Shown here piece after piece: positions 28,024-37,881 of a stretch of DNA of 64,000 nt. Where the stretch lies: the IMG/VR virus record IMGVR_UViG_3300027759_000048. One strand, written 5' to 3'. Source of the DNA: a virus. Both the position numbers and the translations under genes were made by a program. Under the pieces are notes generated by a model. It saw only the letters and a list, made by a program, of their open reading frames with translations, was not told the origin of the DNA and made no database searches. Position 1 is the first letter of the stretch. Every line of letters begins with the position of its first letter.

Positions 28024-28431
28024 ATGCCATTGCTTCCCGTCTATTACACCACTACCAATCTACGCAAACGCAAACAGACCAAGCATGACCGTTCCGAACA
28101 CGATGCTTGGCTAATCAAGATGGGTGTATCCCCAAAACAAATCAAAGCAAAGAAAACTAAAGACACTAAATGGCGTTCCGACTATTCTGCTTCACTACAG
28201 GTAGAACGATCAACAAAAGAACATGAGCGTTCCTTACGTGAGGTTTGTAACGGTGGTCCTAATGCTACAGCCAATCGTTCCGTTATGGCTAACATACACA
28301 AAGAGTCCGAAGAAACTCGCAATGAAATTCTAGCGAAGGCTAAACGTGTTATGCCGTTGTATAACAAAGGTGGGCTTCAGGTATTGTCCGAGTCCGATGA
28401 TCTCAAAGCATTGAATAAGGTGGCACGATGA
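28024..28431 (+). CDS. hypothetical early protein (P.YNKG.LQ motif)
   Basis: GGAGG RBS downstream of the promoter. Confidence 0.75.
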   Translation: MPLLPVYYTTTNLRKRKQTKHDRSEHDAWLIKMGVSPKQIKAKKTKDTKWRSDYSASLQVERSTKEHERSLREVCNGGPNATANRSVMANIHKESEETRNEILAKAKRVMPLYNKGGLQVLSESDDLKALNKVAR

Positions 28432-28634
28432 GTGATGATTATTCACAACAGGACTTCGAATACATGTTGGATGGTTGGCGTGCTATGCAACAAGAAATCC
28501 TACGTCTTCGTGCTGAGAATGAGAAGTTACGGGGTGCCTTTCGTGTCAATATGCTCCGTGCTTTTTCCAATATGTCGCATGAGGAAATAGATGCTGAAAT
28601 AAACCGTGTATTGGAGAATAAAGATGAAAATTGA
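28428..28634 (+). CDS. hypothetical protein
   Basis: Coupled ORF. Confidence 0.6.
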   Translation: MSDDYSQQDFEYMLDGWRAMQQEILRLRAENEKLRGAFRVNMLRAFSNMSHEEIDAEINRVLENKDEN

Positions 28635-28863
28635 ATTAGATGATGCTATGCTATCTGGAATAGTCGTTCAAGACCTACAAAGATACCATGAGATTATGCT
28701 AAACAATCCAGAAGAGGATGGTGTCTGTAATGCTATTGAGATTGTATTATCACACTATCTGAATAGACAAGATTATATAACATGGTATAAAGGCGTATAT
28801 GGGCCAAAGGGTAAAGAGGTTGACTTTGGCGAAGATGTTGGATTGGAGGTTATAGATGAATAA
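28624..28863 (+). CDS. hypothetical protein (paralogue of the next gene)
   Basis: GGAG RBS; AIEIVLSHY...DY..W. Confidence 0.65.
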   Translation: MKIELDDAMLSGIVVQDLQRYHEIMLNNPEEDGVCNAIEIVLSHYLNRQDYITWYKGVYGPKGKEVDFGEDVGLEVIDE

Positions 28864-29044
28864 ATTTACACTTGAAATCGACTATGACATTATGGATGAA
28901 ATCACAAGACAAAATCTAAAGTCTGCTTATCATCATGCGGAAGATGATGAAATGCGTGATGCTATTGACCTTGTGTTATCATATTTCTCCAACCATGATG
29001 ATTACCAGAAATGGGTTGAAGAGAAATTGAACTATACTAAATAA
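28856..29044 (+). CDS. hypothetical protein (paralogue of the previous gene)
   Basis: GGAGG RBS; AIDLVLSYF...DY..W. Confidence 0.65.
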   Translation: MNKFTLEIDYDIMDEITRQNLKSAYHHAEDDEMRDAIDLVLSYFSNHDDYQKWVEEKLNYTK

Positions 29045-29416
29045 TACTATGTTCAAGAGATGGTATGAAACTAGACCGTTTACCTTTGGGGCGGTCTTCA
29101 TTTTTCTTTATATGACTATACCTATATTCGATCAAATTTTTATGTATCCGAAGATGAGACCAGTTTGTAATGGAGAAATCACGGATCAACAAATTAGAGC
29201 ATGTACCGATTGGATCCGCAAAAAGGGGACAAGTCATGTTCGAGATGTTAAACGAAGACCTGGAAGATTGTTTAGAAATACTCCGTCAGATCAGTATGTG
29301 CGAGAGCAAGAACGAGCAATTAATGATTTTGGCGGAACAGAGAATAGATGAGTCCGACATTAAAAAAACTATTGAACTTTGTGAGATGATGGTGTATTAT
29401 CATAATAGGACTAAAC

Positions 29417-29623
29417 ATGGATGAGATACCTGGTGTACCGATATGGGTACCTTTAAACAAAACCGCTGAACAACTAGATCGTGAATTTACATTGGAGATG
29501 GCTGAACATGTCTGGCAAAAAGTCAAAGGTTATCCAATTCCCGACTGCTACTCGGAAGAAGATCGTTTGTCAATATTCGAGCGGTACTATCACAGAGCCG
29601 TTTCGCAATCGCAAGGCGAATAA
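29417..29623 (+). CDS. hypothetical protein
   Basis: AGGA RBS; 68 aa. Confidence 0.55.
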   Translation: MDEIPGVPIWVPLNKTAEQLDREFTLEMAEHVWQKVKGYPIPDCYSEEDRLSIFERYYHRAVSQSQGE

Positions 29624-30048
29624 CAATTTAGAGTTGAAACTATTAGGTGCCGTCATTGGTGGATCACTAATGTATGGACTATTTACTTTAGTAGGATTAT
29701 CAATTTATGGATGAAGAAAGCATTATTGGCATCCAGAAGATGCGAGAACAAAACAGATGGCACCGCTTCAACGTTGATAAAGAATGTGAAGCATATAAGA
29801 AAGCATTGGTAGATATTACTAATGCTAACACGGCAGCGCAGATGCTTGTCATTGCCTACCGTGTGTTAGAGGAGAATAGAAAATGAAAGAGTTAGTATTT
29901 GCTGTTATCAGCATTTGCCTTCACTCAGGTGAATGTGAAAAACATCAGGTTAAGATTGAACCTAAAGTTTGTCATTTGAAATCAGCACAGGCACAAGTTC
30001 CTGTCATGGGCGAATGGAAAGACGCCACAGTAACATTCAAGTGCTAAT

Positions 30049-30402
30049 ATGATTACAGTTGAACAGGCTGCTATAGCGACTGGCGTTTGGGCTATTGCTA
30101 TAGCAGTTACATATGGGCATTCAGGTTATGCTAAAATTCGTGATTGTTATGGCATGTGGTTTACTAGAGAATACTGGACAGATTTCAATACTGTTGAGTT
30201 CATTTCTTGGTTAGCTAAAGCAATCATCATTGTTCCCGGACTGATATTCGGTATACAGATTTGGTGGCTATACTTTCTAACGTTAGCTACCTCATTGGCG
30301 CTGATATGGGCAAGCAATAAGAAACTATTGCCTACCCTTGTTGGCTTCAATACATTGTGGGCATGGATTAGTCTAATGGTTCTGTCCAGTCATTTACTCT
30401 AA
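30049..30402 (+). CDS. multi-pass membrane protein
   Basis: 3-4 hydrophobic helices. Confidence 0.7.
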   Translation: MITVEQAAIATGVWAIAIAVTYGHSGYAKIRDCYGMWFTREYWTDFNTVEFISWLAKAIIIVPGLIFGIQIWWLYFLTLATSLALIWASNKKLLPTLVGFNTLWAWISLMVLSSHLL

Positions 30403-30417
30403 CTAAAAGGTGAAATA

Positions 30418-30705
30418 ATGAATAAGGTAATTCTAGCAGCAGCGTTTGTTCTTGGTCTAACTGGTTCGGCACTTGCTTTAACCACACTAGATGAGACACA
30501 CAACGGCAAGACTGTTGCTGTTCCTGGTGCTACAAAGAGCAATGGTGTTTATGCTCCTGCCGCACAGTATACCCCACACGGTCTAGTTGTTACTGCGCCT
30601 CCTGGTGCTGATGTTGATGTTGACAACGATGGTTCTGATATCTCTATTGATATCTCACCTAAGGGCAAGCGTGGTCTTCTCGGTGTTGGATTTCTCGGCC
30701 TCTAA
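30418..30705 (+). CDS. secreted hypothetical protein
   Basis: Signal peptide ending ALA. Confidence 0.7.
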   Translation: MNKVILAAAFVLGLTGSALALTTLDETHNGKTVAVPGATKSNGVYAPAAQYTPHGLVVTAPPGADVDVDNDGSDISIDISPKGKRGLLGVGFLGL

Positions 30706-30735
30706 ATAGAACGTCTCCCAGACAAGTGCTACACT

Positions 30736-31323
30736 ATGAAAGTCATCGATAACCTGTTCGCTAAAGAACATCAAGACTTGATTGAAACGTCGGCTCTTCG
30801 GATTCCGTGGTTCTTTCAAGATAACACTTGTGACTTTTCTTACATATCAAACTATCCTAAACAGATAGACGGTGTAAAAGAAACGCCATTCTTTGTGAAT
30901 ATGTTATACGATGACTTTCAATCTCAATCGGAATACTTCAAATACTTTGCTCCTATCGTTGGAGCATTAGAGCGACATATGAAACGACCATATATGAAGC
31001 GGTTGTTTCGTATGAAGGCTAACATGTACCTGAAGCAGCCTGACTATCCAGACTTTCATTTTCATACACCGCATGTTGATGTGTATGACGAAAAGACAGA
31101 TACAATAGGTGATGGTGAGATTTTTCTATATTATGTGGATGATAGTGATGGACCGACATATATGTTCAATGAGCGGTTTCCTACTGACAATGTGACAAAG
31201 AGTGGCTTCGTCGCTCCTGAGAAAGGCAAGGGTGTTTTGTTTGATTTACAGACGCTCCACGCCAGTTCACCACCTCGATTCCACGAGAGAAGAATGACCT
31301 TGAACTTCGTTTTCACTAAATAA
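30736..31323 (+). CDS. 2OG-Fe(II) oxygenase
   Basis: PHVD, YYVDDSDG.T, HASSPP...R.TLNF. Confidence 0.8.
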   Translation: MKVIDNLFAKEHQDLIETSALRIPWFFQDNTCDFSYISNYPKQIDGVKETPFFVNMLYDDFQSQSEYFKYFAPIVGALERHMKRPYMKRLFRMKANMYLKQPDYPDFHFHTPHVDVYDEKTDTIGDGEIFLYYVDDSDGPTYMFNERFPTDNVTKSGFVAPEKGKGVLFDLQTLHASSPPRFHERRMTLNFVFTK

Positions 31324-31357
31324 GAGTGCCCGCTCGGGCTTCTTTATAAAGGAGATA

Positions 31358-31582
31358 ATGATGTTAAAGAATTTTCTCGCTAACTGGAGAACGACTATTA
31401 TTGGTCTTATTCCGTTAGTAGCATATGGATTAAAGTATGCTGGTGTATGGCCAGAGTCCATGCCTCTTCCACCATTGGATGAAGTATGGCCCTTCCTACT
31501 TTCAATCGTTGGTCTCGGCGCTGTCGCAAAGGATCAGAACGTTACCAACGCTTCGAAGCCAACAGATCCAACAACTCTCTAA
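31358..31582 (+). CDS. putative holin
   Basis: NWRTTIIG, two TM segments, GLG..AKD; late promoter ACTAAATA at about 31315; converges on the spanin genes. Confidence 0.55.
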   Translation: MMLKNFLANWRTTIIGLIPLVAYGLKYAGVWPESMPLPPLDEVWPFLLSIVGLGAVAKDQNVTNASKPTDPTTL

Positions 31583-31839
31583 TCTTCTATACGGGCTTTA
31601 GCGTCCGTTAGATATTGCTTGATGGCATCGACGGAGTTCTTACAACGAGAGTTATTCTTATAAAGTTCAACAATCGTTTTGGCTACGTCGGTGTCATTTA
31701 GCGTTTTCCAGTTCGGCCACTTTGTCTTGATCGGACAGTCATACATTTCATCTGGAGGTGTGATGACTTGTAATCTTGTTGTTGGTGCTGTTGATTGGCA
31801 GCCAGCTAGTAATAGTGAAAGGATTAGTAGTTTCTTCAT
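31579..31839 (-). CDS. o-spanin (Rz1-like lipoprotein)
   Basis: Lipobox LLAGC, Pro-rich, two further Cys. Confidence 0.8.
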   Translation of the reverse strand: MKKLLILSLLLAGCQSTAPTTRLQVITPPDEMYDCPIKTKWPNWKTLNDTDVAKTIVELYKNNSRCKNSVDAIKQYLTDAKARIED

Positions 31840-32174
31840 TGTGATAGTTCCCTTATAGTTCTTTTGAGAACCTCTGATGATTCCTTTTCATCTTTGTGTG
31901 TGTCTAGATATACATCAAGTCCTTTTAGCTTATCGTTCAAATAGGATTCTTTGTTTTTTAGATCGGCAATGATCCTGTTACTTTCTTTACTCAACTCTGT
32001 TAGGTCATTAATGACGGTTTCTTGTAATGCTAACTCTTTCTCTAAGGCTTCCACTCTGGCTTGTGCTAGTGTAGCCTCTTCTATGGAATTTTTCCAAATG
32101 TATATTCCGCCGCCGGCAATGATAGCCATAACTATTCCTAAAATCAAATTGATTGTCCAACTATTAACGGGCAT
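31836..32174 (-). CDS. i-spanin (Rz-like)
   Basis: N-terminal TM plus coiled coil; GGAGGAG SD; overlaps the o-spanin start. Confidence 0.8.
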   Translation of the reverse strand: MPVNSWTINLILGIVMAIIAGGGIYIWKNSIEEATLAQARVEALEKELALQETVINDLTELSKESNRIIADLKNKESYLNDKLKGLDVYLDTHKDEKESSEVLKRTIRELSQ

Positions 32175-32175
32175 C

Positions 32176-32203
32176 TTGACTCCTCCACACATCCTGATAT
32201 AAT
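32176..32203 (+). promoter_or_regulatory. sigma70-type early promoter
   Basis: TTGACT-N16-TATAAT with TG extension. Confidence 0.7.
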
Positions 32204-32227
32204 ATATATGTATGTGGGGAAAGAACA

Positions 32228-32422
32228 ATGATCTTATGTTCCTGTAATACTATATCTTCCAGTAATGTAAAACAAATCCTTGAACACCATTCTGGTGATG
32301 TTCCATCCGTTCAAGAAATTATGGAAAAGCATGGATGCTCGGTAGTTTGTGCTACCTGTGTTCAGAGTATCAAAATTGAGATAAGGAAACATTATGAAAG
32401 TCAAAATCCGACCGTATGTTAA
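32228..32422 (+). CDS. bfd: bacterioferritin-associated [2Fe-2S] ferredoxin (Bfd-like)
   Basis: 64 aa; MILCSCN...GCSVVCATC (CxC...CxxC). Confidence 0.8.
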   Translation: MILCSCNTISSSNVKQILEHHSGDVPSVQEIMEKHGCSVVCATCVQSIKIEIRKHYESQNPTVC

Positions 32423-33020
32423 GTGGTGGGGTCCATATCAACTCGCCGAACTAATTCCATTCGTCAGTGAAGATACGCAAGACAAGATTGGTTCTTGGCT
32501 ATCTAGAACTTGGGTTGATGATGTTTGCGAATGGTTAAACAGCAAAACCAAACGCAAGATTGAAGTTCGTATTGACAAGTATGATACTTGGAATATGGAT
32601 AACACACTCGCACATATCATTCTTCCTATGCTTAAACAACTCAAAGAAACTAAACACGGTTCACCATTAGTTGATGATGAGGACTTGCCATCACATATGC
32701 GTCATACCTTTAGCAAAGGTCCTGATGACTATGAGACAGATGACCGTTGGATTCATTACAAGTGGGAATGGGTTCTTAATGAAATGATTTGGGCCTTTGA
32801 GAAAGAACTTGATGATGACTGGGAAGACCAGTTTCGTCATGGTGAACCAGTCTATTCAGATACATTGTTTGATGATGATGGTAATGATTATCAGCAACCA
32901 CAAATAACACAAACAAATCCTGATTATTGGGTTGACTATGATAAGATTAAAGAGTATAATAACAGAATAGATAATGGATTCAGATTGTTCGGTAAGTATT
33001 ATCGTAACCTATGGGACTAA
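32394..33020 (+). CDS. conserved phage hypothetical protein
   Basis: DTWNMDNTLA.II.PML..LK, W.W.L.EMIWAFE, GF.LFGKYY..LWD. Confidence 0.8.
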   Translation: MKVKIRPYVKWWGPYQLAELIPFVSEDTQDKIGSWLSRTWVDDVCEWLNSKTKRKIEVRIDKYDTWNMDNTLAHIILPMLKQLKETKHGSPLVDDEDLPSHMRHTFSKGPDDYETDDRWIHYKWEWVLNEMIWAFEKELDDDWEDQFRHGEPVYSDTLFDDDGNDYQQPQITQTNPDYWVDYDKIKEYNNRIDNGFRLFGKYYRNLWD

Positions 33021-33030
33021 GGAGACTGAT

Positions 33031-33234
33031 ATGAATTTCAGCGAAAAGACAATGAAGATTTACGAAGAAGATTTTAAGCAGCGTGCCTATGATGGCAAGT
33101 GGGAACGCATCGGCAAGGTTGCTGATGAGGACAATGCTTATACCTTTGTCAACGAACATGGTAGCCGTATGACTACTGTGCCTTTCAAGTGGATCACACT
33201 TGGAGTTTATGACTACCTAATGGAGATTGTATAA
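33031..33234 (+). CDS. hypothetical protein
   Basis: AGGAG RBS. Confidence 0.65.
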   Translation: MNFSEKTMKIYEEDFKQRAYDGKWERIGKVADEDNAYTFVNEHGSRMTTVPFKWITLGVYDYLMEIV

Positions 33235-33235
33235 T

Positions 33236-33547
33236 ATGGCAGCAAATCTAACACTAATCAAGTTCCTCGGCGGTGAAGAAATCATTGCTGAGGTTGTATC
33301 GGAGAACGTCGGACTAGTAATCAATGTGAAGAATCCTGTTCGCATTGTTGTTATTCCAGATCAACTAAATCCAAAGACGCCGCAGGTTGGACTTGCGCCG
33401 TATCTACAGTTTAGTGACGACAAGGAGTTTTCAATCAATAGAAGTCTAGTTGTTACTACAGCAAAGCCGCTACCAGAGTTTGTTAATCAGTATAACAGCC
33501 TCTTCGGTGGCATTCAGATTCCAACATCTAGCATCATCACACCTTAA
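33236..33547 (+). CDS. conserved T4-like Sm-like small protein
   Basis: LIKFLGGEEIIAEV...KNP...QYN..FGGI. Confidence 0.7.
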   Translation: MAANLTLIKFLGGEEIIAEVVSENVGLVINVKNPVRIVVIPDQLNPKTPQVGLAPYLQFSDDKEFSINRSLVVTTAKPLPEFVNQYNSLFGGIQIPTSSIITP

Positions 33548-36087
33548 TGAGATATTACACAAACGTTGAAATATGGGGCGGTAGAATACTCTATCGTGGT
33601 ATCGAAGATGGTCGGGCAGTCAAAGCAAAAGTTGACTACAGCCCGACTCTCTTCGTGTATTCTAAGAAGCCAACCAAATACACGACCATTCACGGCGAGT
33701 ATGTCGGTCCAGTTAAACCTGGATCGATTCGTGAATGTCGTGACTTTGTTGATCAATACGAAGATGTAGAAAGTTTCAGAATATATGGTAACACTCGTTA
33801 TCAGTATTGTTTCATTGCTGATGAGTTTCCAAATGTTATTGACTGGAACATAAACGACATCAAGATTGCTAACATCGATATTGAGGTTGGATCAGAGAAT
33901 GGCTTTCCAGAGCCAGATCAAGCTAAAGAGCCATTGACTGCCATCACAGTTAAGATGAATGGTCATTTCAATACGTTTGGTGTTGGTGATTATAGAAACA
34001 GCCGCAAGGATGTTACTTATCATAAATGTGCTAGTGAATATGAACTTATCACTAAGTTTCTTGGTTGGTGGCAGCAAGATCATCCAGATATCATTACTGG
34101 CTGGAACGTTGAACAGTTTGATATACCATATCTTGTAAATCGTATCACAAAACTATATGGTAACGAAGCAAAGAAGCTATCGCCTTGGAATGTTATCAAC
34201 ACCAAAGTGTTAGACTTAGGTATGGGTCGTCGTGGTCAAGGCTATACCATTCTCGGTATTGCTACACTCGATCTATTGTCACTATACAAAAAGTATTCAC
34301 CAACTGGACAGTCACAAGAGTCCTATCGTCTAGACAATATTGCTCATGTTGAACTTGGTGAGCGTAAACTGTCATACGATGAATATGGTTCACTTCATAA
34401 TCTATATAAGGATGACTTCCAAAAGTTCATCGACTATAACATCAAAGACGTTGACCTCGTTGACAAGATTGATGATAAAGGAAAGTTCATTGAACTTGCT
34501 TTGACACTATCCTATGATAACAAGTGTAATTATGAAGATGTGTTCGCACAGGTTCGTATGTGGGATGTGATTTGCTTCAATCATCTAAAGTCAAAGAACG
34601 TTGTTGTTCCGCCTATAGAGAAGCATAAAAAGGATACAGCATATGTTGGTGCTTACGTTAAAGATCCTCTTATCGGTTTTCACGATTGGGTGGCTTCTTT
34701 CGATGTTAATAGCGAGTATCCGTCTGTTATTATGGGAAGCAACATCTCTCCCGAAACCATTGTTGAGGTTGACGATTATACTGATGGTATGCGTCGTATT
34801 ATCGCCGATGGGGTATCCGTTGATACACTTCTTGCTAAGGGCGTCGATACATCTAGCCTTAACGATGACAATGTTTGTTTAACTGCTAACGGTCAGTTCT
34901 ATCGTCGTGACAAGCAAGGCTTCATGCCTGAAATGGTCGAGAAGATGTTCAATGACCGTAAAGTATATAAGAAGGCGATGTTAGATGCAGAGACACAATA
35001 CGAGAATGAGACGAACAAAGCAAAGAAGGCAGAACTTAAAAAGGAAATTGCTAAGTTTAAGAACCTGCAACTCAGCAAGAAAGTCTCACTTAATTCACTA
35101 TACGGCGCAATGGGCTCGAAATATTTTAGGTTCTTCGATCTACGCAATGCGATTGCGATCACGACTACTGGTCAACTATCCATACGCTGGATCGAAAGAT
35201 CACTTAACGACTATCTCAGGAAGGTACTAAAGTCCAATGATGACTTCGTTATTGCGGTTGACACTGATTCGGTTTATCTCAACCTTGGAGAACTGGTATC
35301 TAAGACGTTGCGTGACGATGTTAAAGATATTGAGAAAGCCATCAATTTCTTGGACAGAGTTTGTGAAAGTAAATTGCAACCTGTTATTGATAAGACTTGT
35401 GGAGAACTTGGTGATTACACTAACGTCTTTCAACAAAAGATTATCATGAAGCGTGAAGCATTGGCAGACAAAGCAATCTGGACTGCCAAGAAGCGTTATA
35501 TCCTAAATGTCTATAACAACGAAGGTGTGCAGTATGCTCAACCTAAGAAAAAAGTTATGGGCTTAGAAATGGTAAAGAGTTCAACACCAACAGCATGTAG
35601 AGAGAAACTTAGAGAGGCAATTGATGTTATCTTTGGCGCAGATGAGGAAGCTGTCATATCTTTCATTGAAACTTTCCGTGACGAATTTAAAACTCTTCCT
35701 TTGGCGGACATTGCTTTTCCTCGGGGTCTCAATGCATTGGTCAAGTGGCATGATAAGAAAACTTTGTTCGCATCAGGCACACCTATTCATGTTCGTGGTG
35801 CTATCTTATATAATCACCTTCTATCTAAGCATGGCATTGATACTAAGTATCAAATGATACAAACAGGTGAGAAGCTAAAGTATATCTACTTACAGGAACC
35901 AAACAACATTCAATCTAACATCATAAGTTTTCCTGCTGGAGGTATACCGGAAGAGTTTGACTTACACCAATATATAGACTATAATACACAATTCGACAAA
36001 TCGTTTCTGGAACCACTGAAGATCATTCTTGATGCTATCGGATGGAAATCAGAACGTGTATCAAGTCTAGAGGATTTCTTCTCATGA
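33547..36087 (+). CDS. 43: family B DNA polymerase gp43
   Basis: DIE exonuclease motif, FDIPY, SFDVNSEYPS, KVSLNSLYG, DTDS, KKRY, C-terminal SLEDFF clamp-binding motif; uninterrupted. Confidence 0.98.
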   Translation: MRYYTNVEIWGGRILYRGIEDGRAVKAKVDYSPTLFVYSKKPTKYTTIHGEYVGPVKPGSIRECRDFVDQYEDVESFRIYGNTRYQYCFIADEFPNVIDWNINDIKIANIDIEVGSENGFPEPDQAKEPLTAITVKMNGHFNTFGVGDYRNSRKDVTYHKCASEYELITKFLGWWQQDHPDIITGWNVEQFDIPYLVNRITKLYGNEAKKLSPWNVINTKVLDLGMGRRGQGYTILGIATLDLLSLYKKYSPTGQSQESYRLDNIAHVELGERKLSYDEYGSLHNLYKDDFQKFIDYNIKDVDLVDKIDDKGKFIELALTLSYDNKCNYEDVFAQVRMWDVICFNHLKSKNVVVPPIEKHKKDTAYVGAYVKDPLIGFHDWVASFDVNSEYPSVIMGSNISPETIVEVDDYTDGMRRIIADGVSVDTLLAKGVDTSSLNDDNVCLTANGQFYRRDKQGFMPEMVEKMFNDRKVYKKAMLDAETQYENETNKAKKAELKKEIAKFKNLQLSKKVSLNSLYGAMGSKYFRFFDLRNAIAITTTGQLSIRWIERSLNDYLRKVLKSNDDFVIAVDTDSVYLNLGELVSKTLRDDVKDIEKAINFLDRVCESKLQPVIDKTCGELGDYTNVFQQKIIMKREALADKAIWTAKKRYILNVYNNEGVQYAQPKKKVMGLEMVKSSTPTACREKLREAIDVIFGADEEAVISFIETFRDEFKTLPLADIAFPRGLNALVKWHDKKTLFASGTPIHVRGAILYNHLLSKHGIDTKYQMIQTGEKLKYIYLQEPNNIQSNIISFPAGGIPEEFDLHQYIDYNTQFDKSFLEPLKIILDAIGWKSERVSSLEDFFS

Positions 36088-37667
36088 GTAAACCAATCAA
36101 TAAGATTGTTATTGTCGGTGGTGGATCTGCTGGCTGGATGACTGCCGCAACTCTTATACAAAGATTGGACAATAGAGAGATCATTCTTATCGAAGATCCA
36201 AACACACCTACAGTCGGTGTTGGTGAATCCACGTTAGGCTTTATCAATGATTGGTTGCGTCTGCTCCAGATTAAAGACACAGACTTTATGAAAGCATGTG
36301 ACGCCACTTATAAGATGTCAATTAGTTTCACAGACTTTTATAAGATTGGTTCAGGCACGTTTCACTATCCGTTTGGTGAAATTGATACTGTAGGAAACAA
36401 GTATGCGAAGAACGATTGGTATCTAAAGAAGTTTCTATATCCAGAGACACCGCTATCTGATTATGCTGATAACATGTATCCCATTATGTCATTGGTTAAT
36501 GCTAATCGTATAACCACGGAAGATGGTGTGTTACCAGGATATAAGTTCAATAGAGATGCTGCTTATCACTTTGATGCTATCAAGTTTGCCATTTGGTTGC
36601 GTGACAAGTTTGTGAAACCAAGAGGTGTCAAACACATACAAGCATTGGTCAAAGATACTATCGTCAATGAAGATGGTATTGAGAAACTAGTTCTTGATGA
36701 TGGACGAGAGATTACGGCTGATCTATTCATTGACTGCACAGGCTTTGCTTCCATTCTTCTTGGTAAAGCAATGAATGAACCTTTTATCTCATTCAATGAT
36801 ATTCTACCAAACAACTCAGCATGGGCAGCACAGATTCCTTTTGATGATAAACGCAAAGAGATTGTTCCTTACACCGACTGTCATGCTCTTGGCAATGGTT
36901 GGGTATGGAACACACCATTGTGGAGTCGTTTGGGAACTGGCTATGTTTACTCTGATAAGTATATCTCTGATGAAGGCGCCTTAGATGAATTTAAGGCACA
37001 TCTAAAGTCTAAAGGTAAGTTGCGAGAAGAACAAAAGTTTCGCAAGATCAAATTCAGAGCAGGCGTATCAGAAAGAGTATGGGTTAAGAATGTTACGGCT
37101 ATTGGTCTATCTGCTGGTTTCATTGAACCACTAGAAAGCAACGGACTGTATAGTGTTCACATGTTCCTTGTTCGTTTGCTTCGTGCTCTTGATAGAGACA
37201 AGGAAGAACATCTTGTAACACAGTTTGATAAGGATGGTTACAACTGGTCATGCCGTGTAATGTTTGATAACTTTTCACAGTTCGTTGCCATGCACTATTC
37301 TCTATCACTTAGAAATGATACAGAGTATTGGAGAGATGTTGGCAACCGTAGTTATTGTGATGTTGAGAAATCTCTGAAGAGAGGTGTCTCTAGAAATGAA
37401 TCCTTCATAGGAGCTTATGAGTCAAAGTATGTTACAACAAGATTTAATAACGATGGTATCAATGCTGTGGCAACAGGACTAAACTACTTTCCTACTGACA
37501 TGCATTATATTCATTGGATGAATGATAGTGGCTTTAATCTAGCACAGGAGTTCGAACAGATAACAAAACATCTAAACGAAAAGAAAGATATTTGGGACTA
37601 CAAAGCATCTAAATGTCCAACTGTATATGACTTCACAAAGGAAAGGATCTATCATGGCGAAGAGTAA
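36084..37667 (+). CDS. flavin-dependent halogenase (tryptophan halogenase/PrnA family)
   Basis: GGGSAGW, VGVGEST, ATYK, FIDCTGF, GWVWNTP, GFIEPLES. Confidence 0.92.
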   Translation: MSKPINKIVIVGGGSAGWMTAATLIQRLDNREIILIEDPNTPTVGVGESTLGFINDWLRLLQIKDTDFMKACDATYKMSISFTDFYKIGSGTFHYPFGEIDTVGNKYAKNDWYLKKFLYPETPLSDYADNMYPIMSLVNANRITTEDGVLPGYKFNRDAAYHFDAIKFAIWLRDKFVKPRGVKHIQALVKDTIVNEDGIEKLVLDDGREITADLFIDCTGFASILLGKAMNEPFISFNDILPNNSAWAAQIPFDDKRKEIVPYTDCHALGNGWVWNTPLWSRLGTGYVYSDKYISDEGALDEFKAHLKSKGKLREEQKFRKIKFRAGVSERVWVKNVTAIGLSAGFIEPLESNGLYSVHMFLVRLLRALDRDKEEHLVTQFDKDGYNWSCRVMFDNFSQFVAMHYSLSLRNDTEYWRDVGNRSYCDVEKSLKRGVSRNESFIGAYESKYVTTRFNNDGINAVATGLNYFPTDMHYIHWMNDSGFNLAQEFEQITKHLNEKKDIWDYKASKCPTVYDFTKERIYHGEE

Positions 37668-37842
37668 GAAAGACGAGCATCATAAAAATTCACCTGCTCG
37701 TTTATATGAGTTTGCGCCAGGACAAAATATAACTCCAAACAACATTGTTGAACTAGCAAATATTGTTCGTGTAGGTGTGAGTGGCGACCTATTAAAGAAA
37801 CTGTCACCAGAACTACAAAAACATTTCAAGGAAGTTGCGTAA
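37654..37842 (+). CDS. hypothetical protein
   Basis: AAGGA RBS; 62 aa. Confidence 0.6.
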   Translation: MAKSKKDEHHKNSPARLYEFAPGQNITPNNIVELANIVRVGVSGDLLKKLSPELQKHFKEVA

Positions 37843-37881
37843 CGAGATTGTTAGCAACTAATTGACAAGAAGGAGAAACTT

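Noticed and set aside
33547-36087. Possible intron or intein in gp43, or in other core genes such as gp41, thyX and the visible part of nrdJ
   Set aside because: Lengths and motif spacing are normal, with no insertion.
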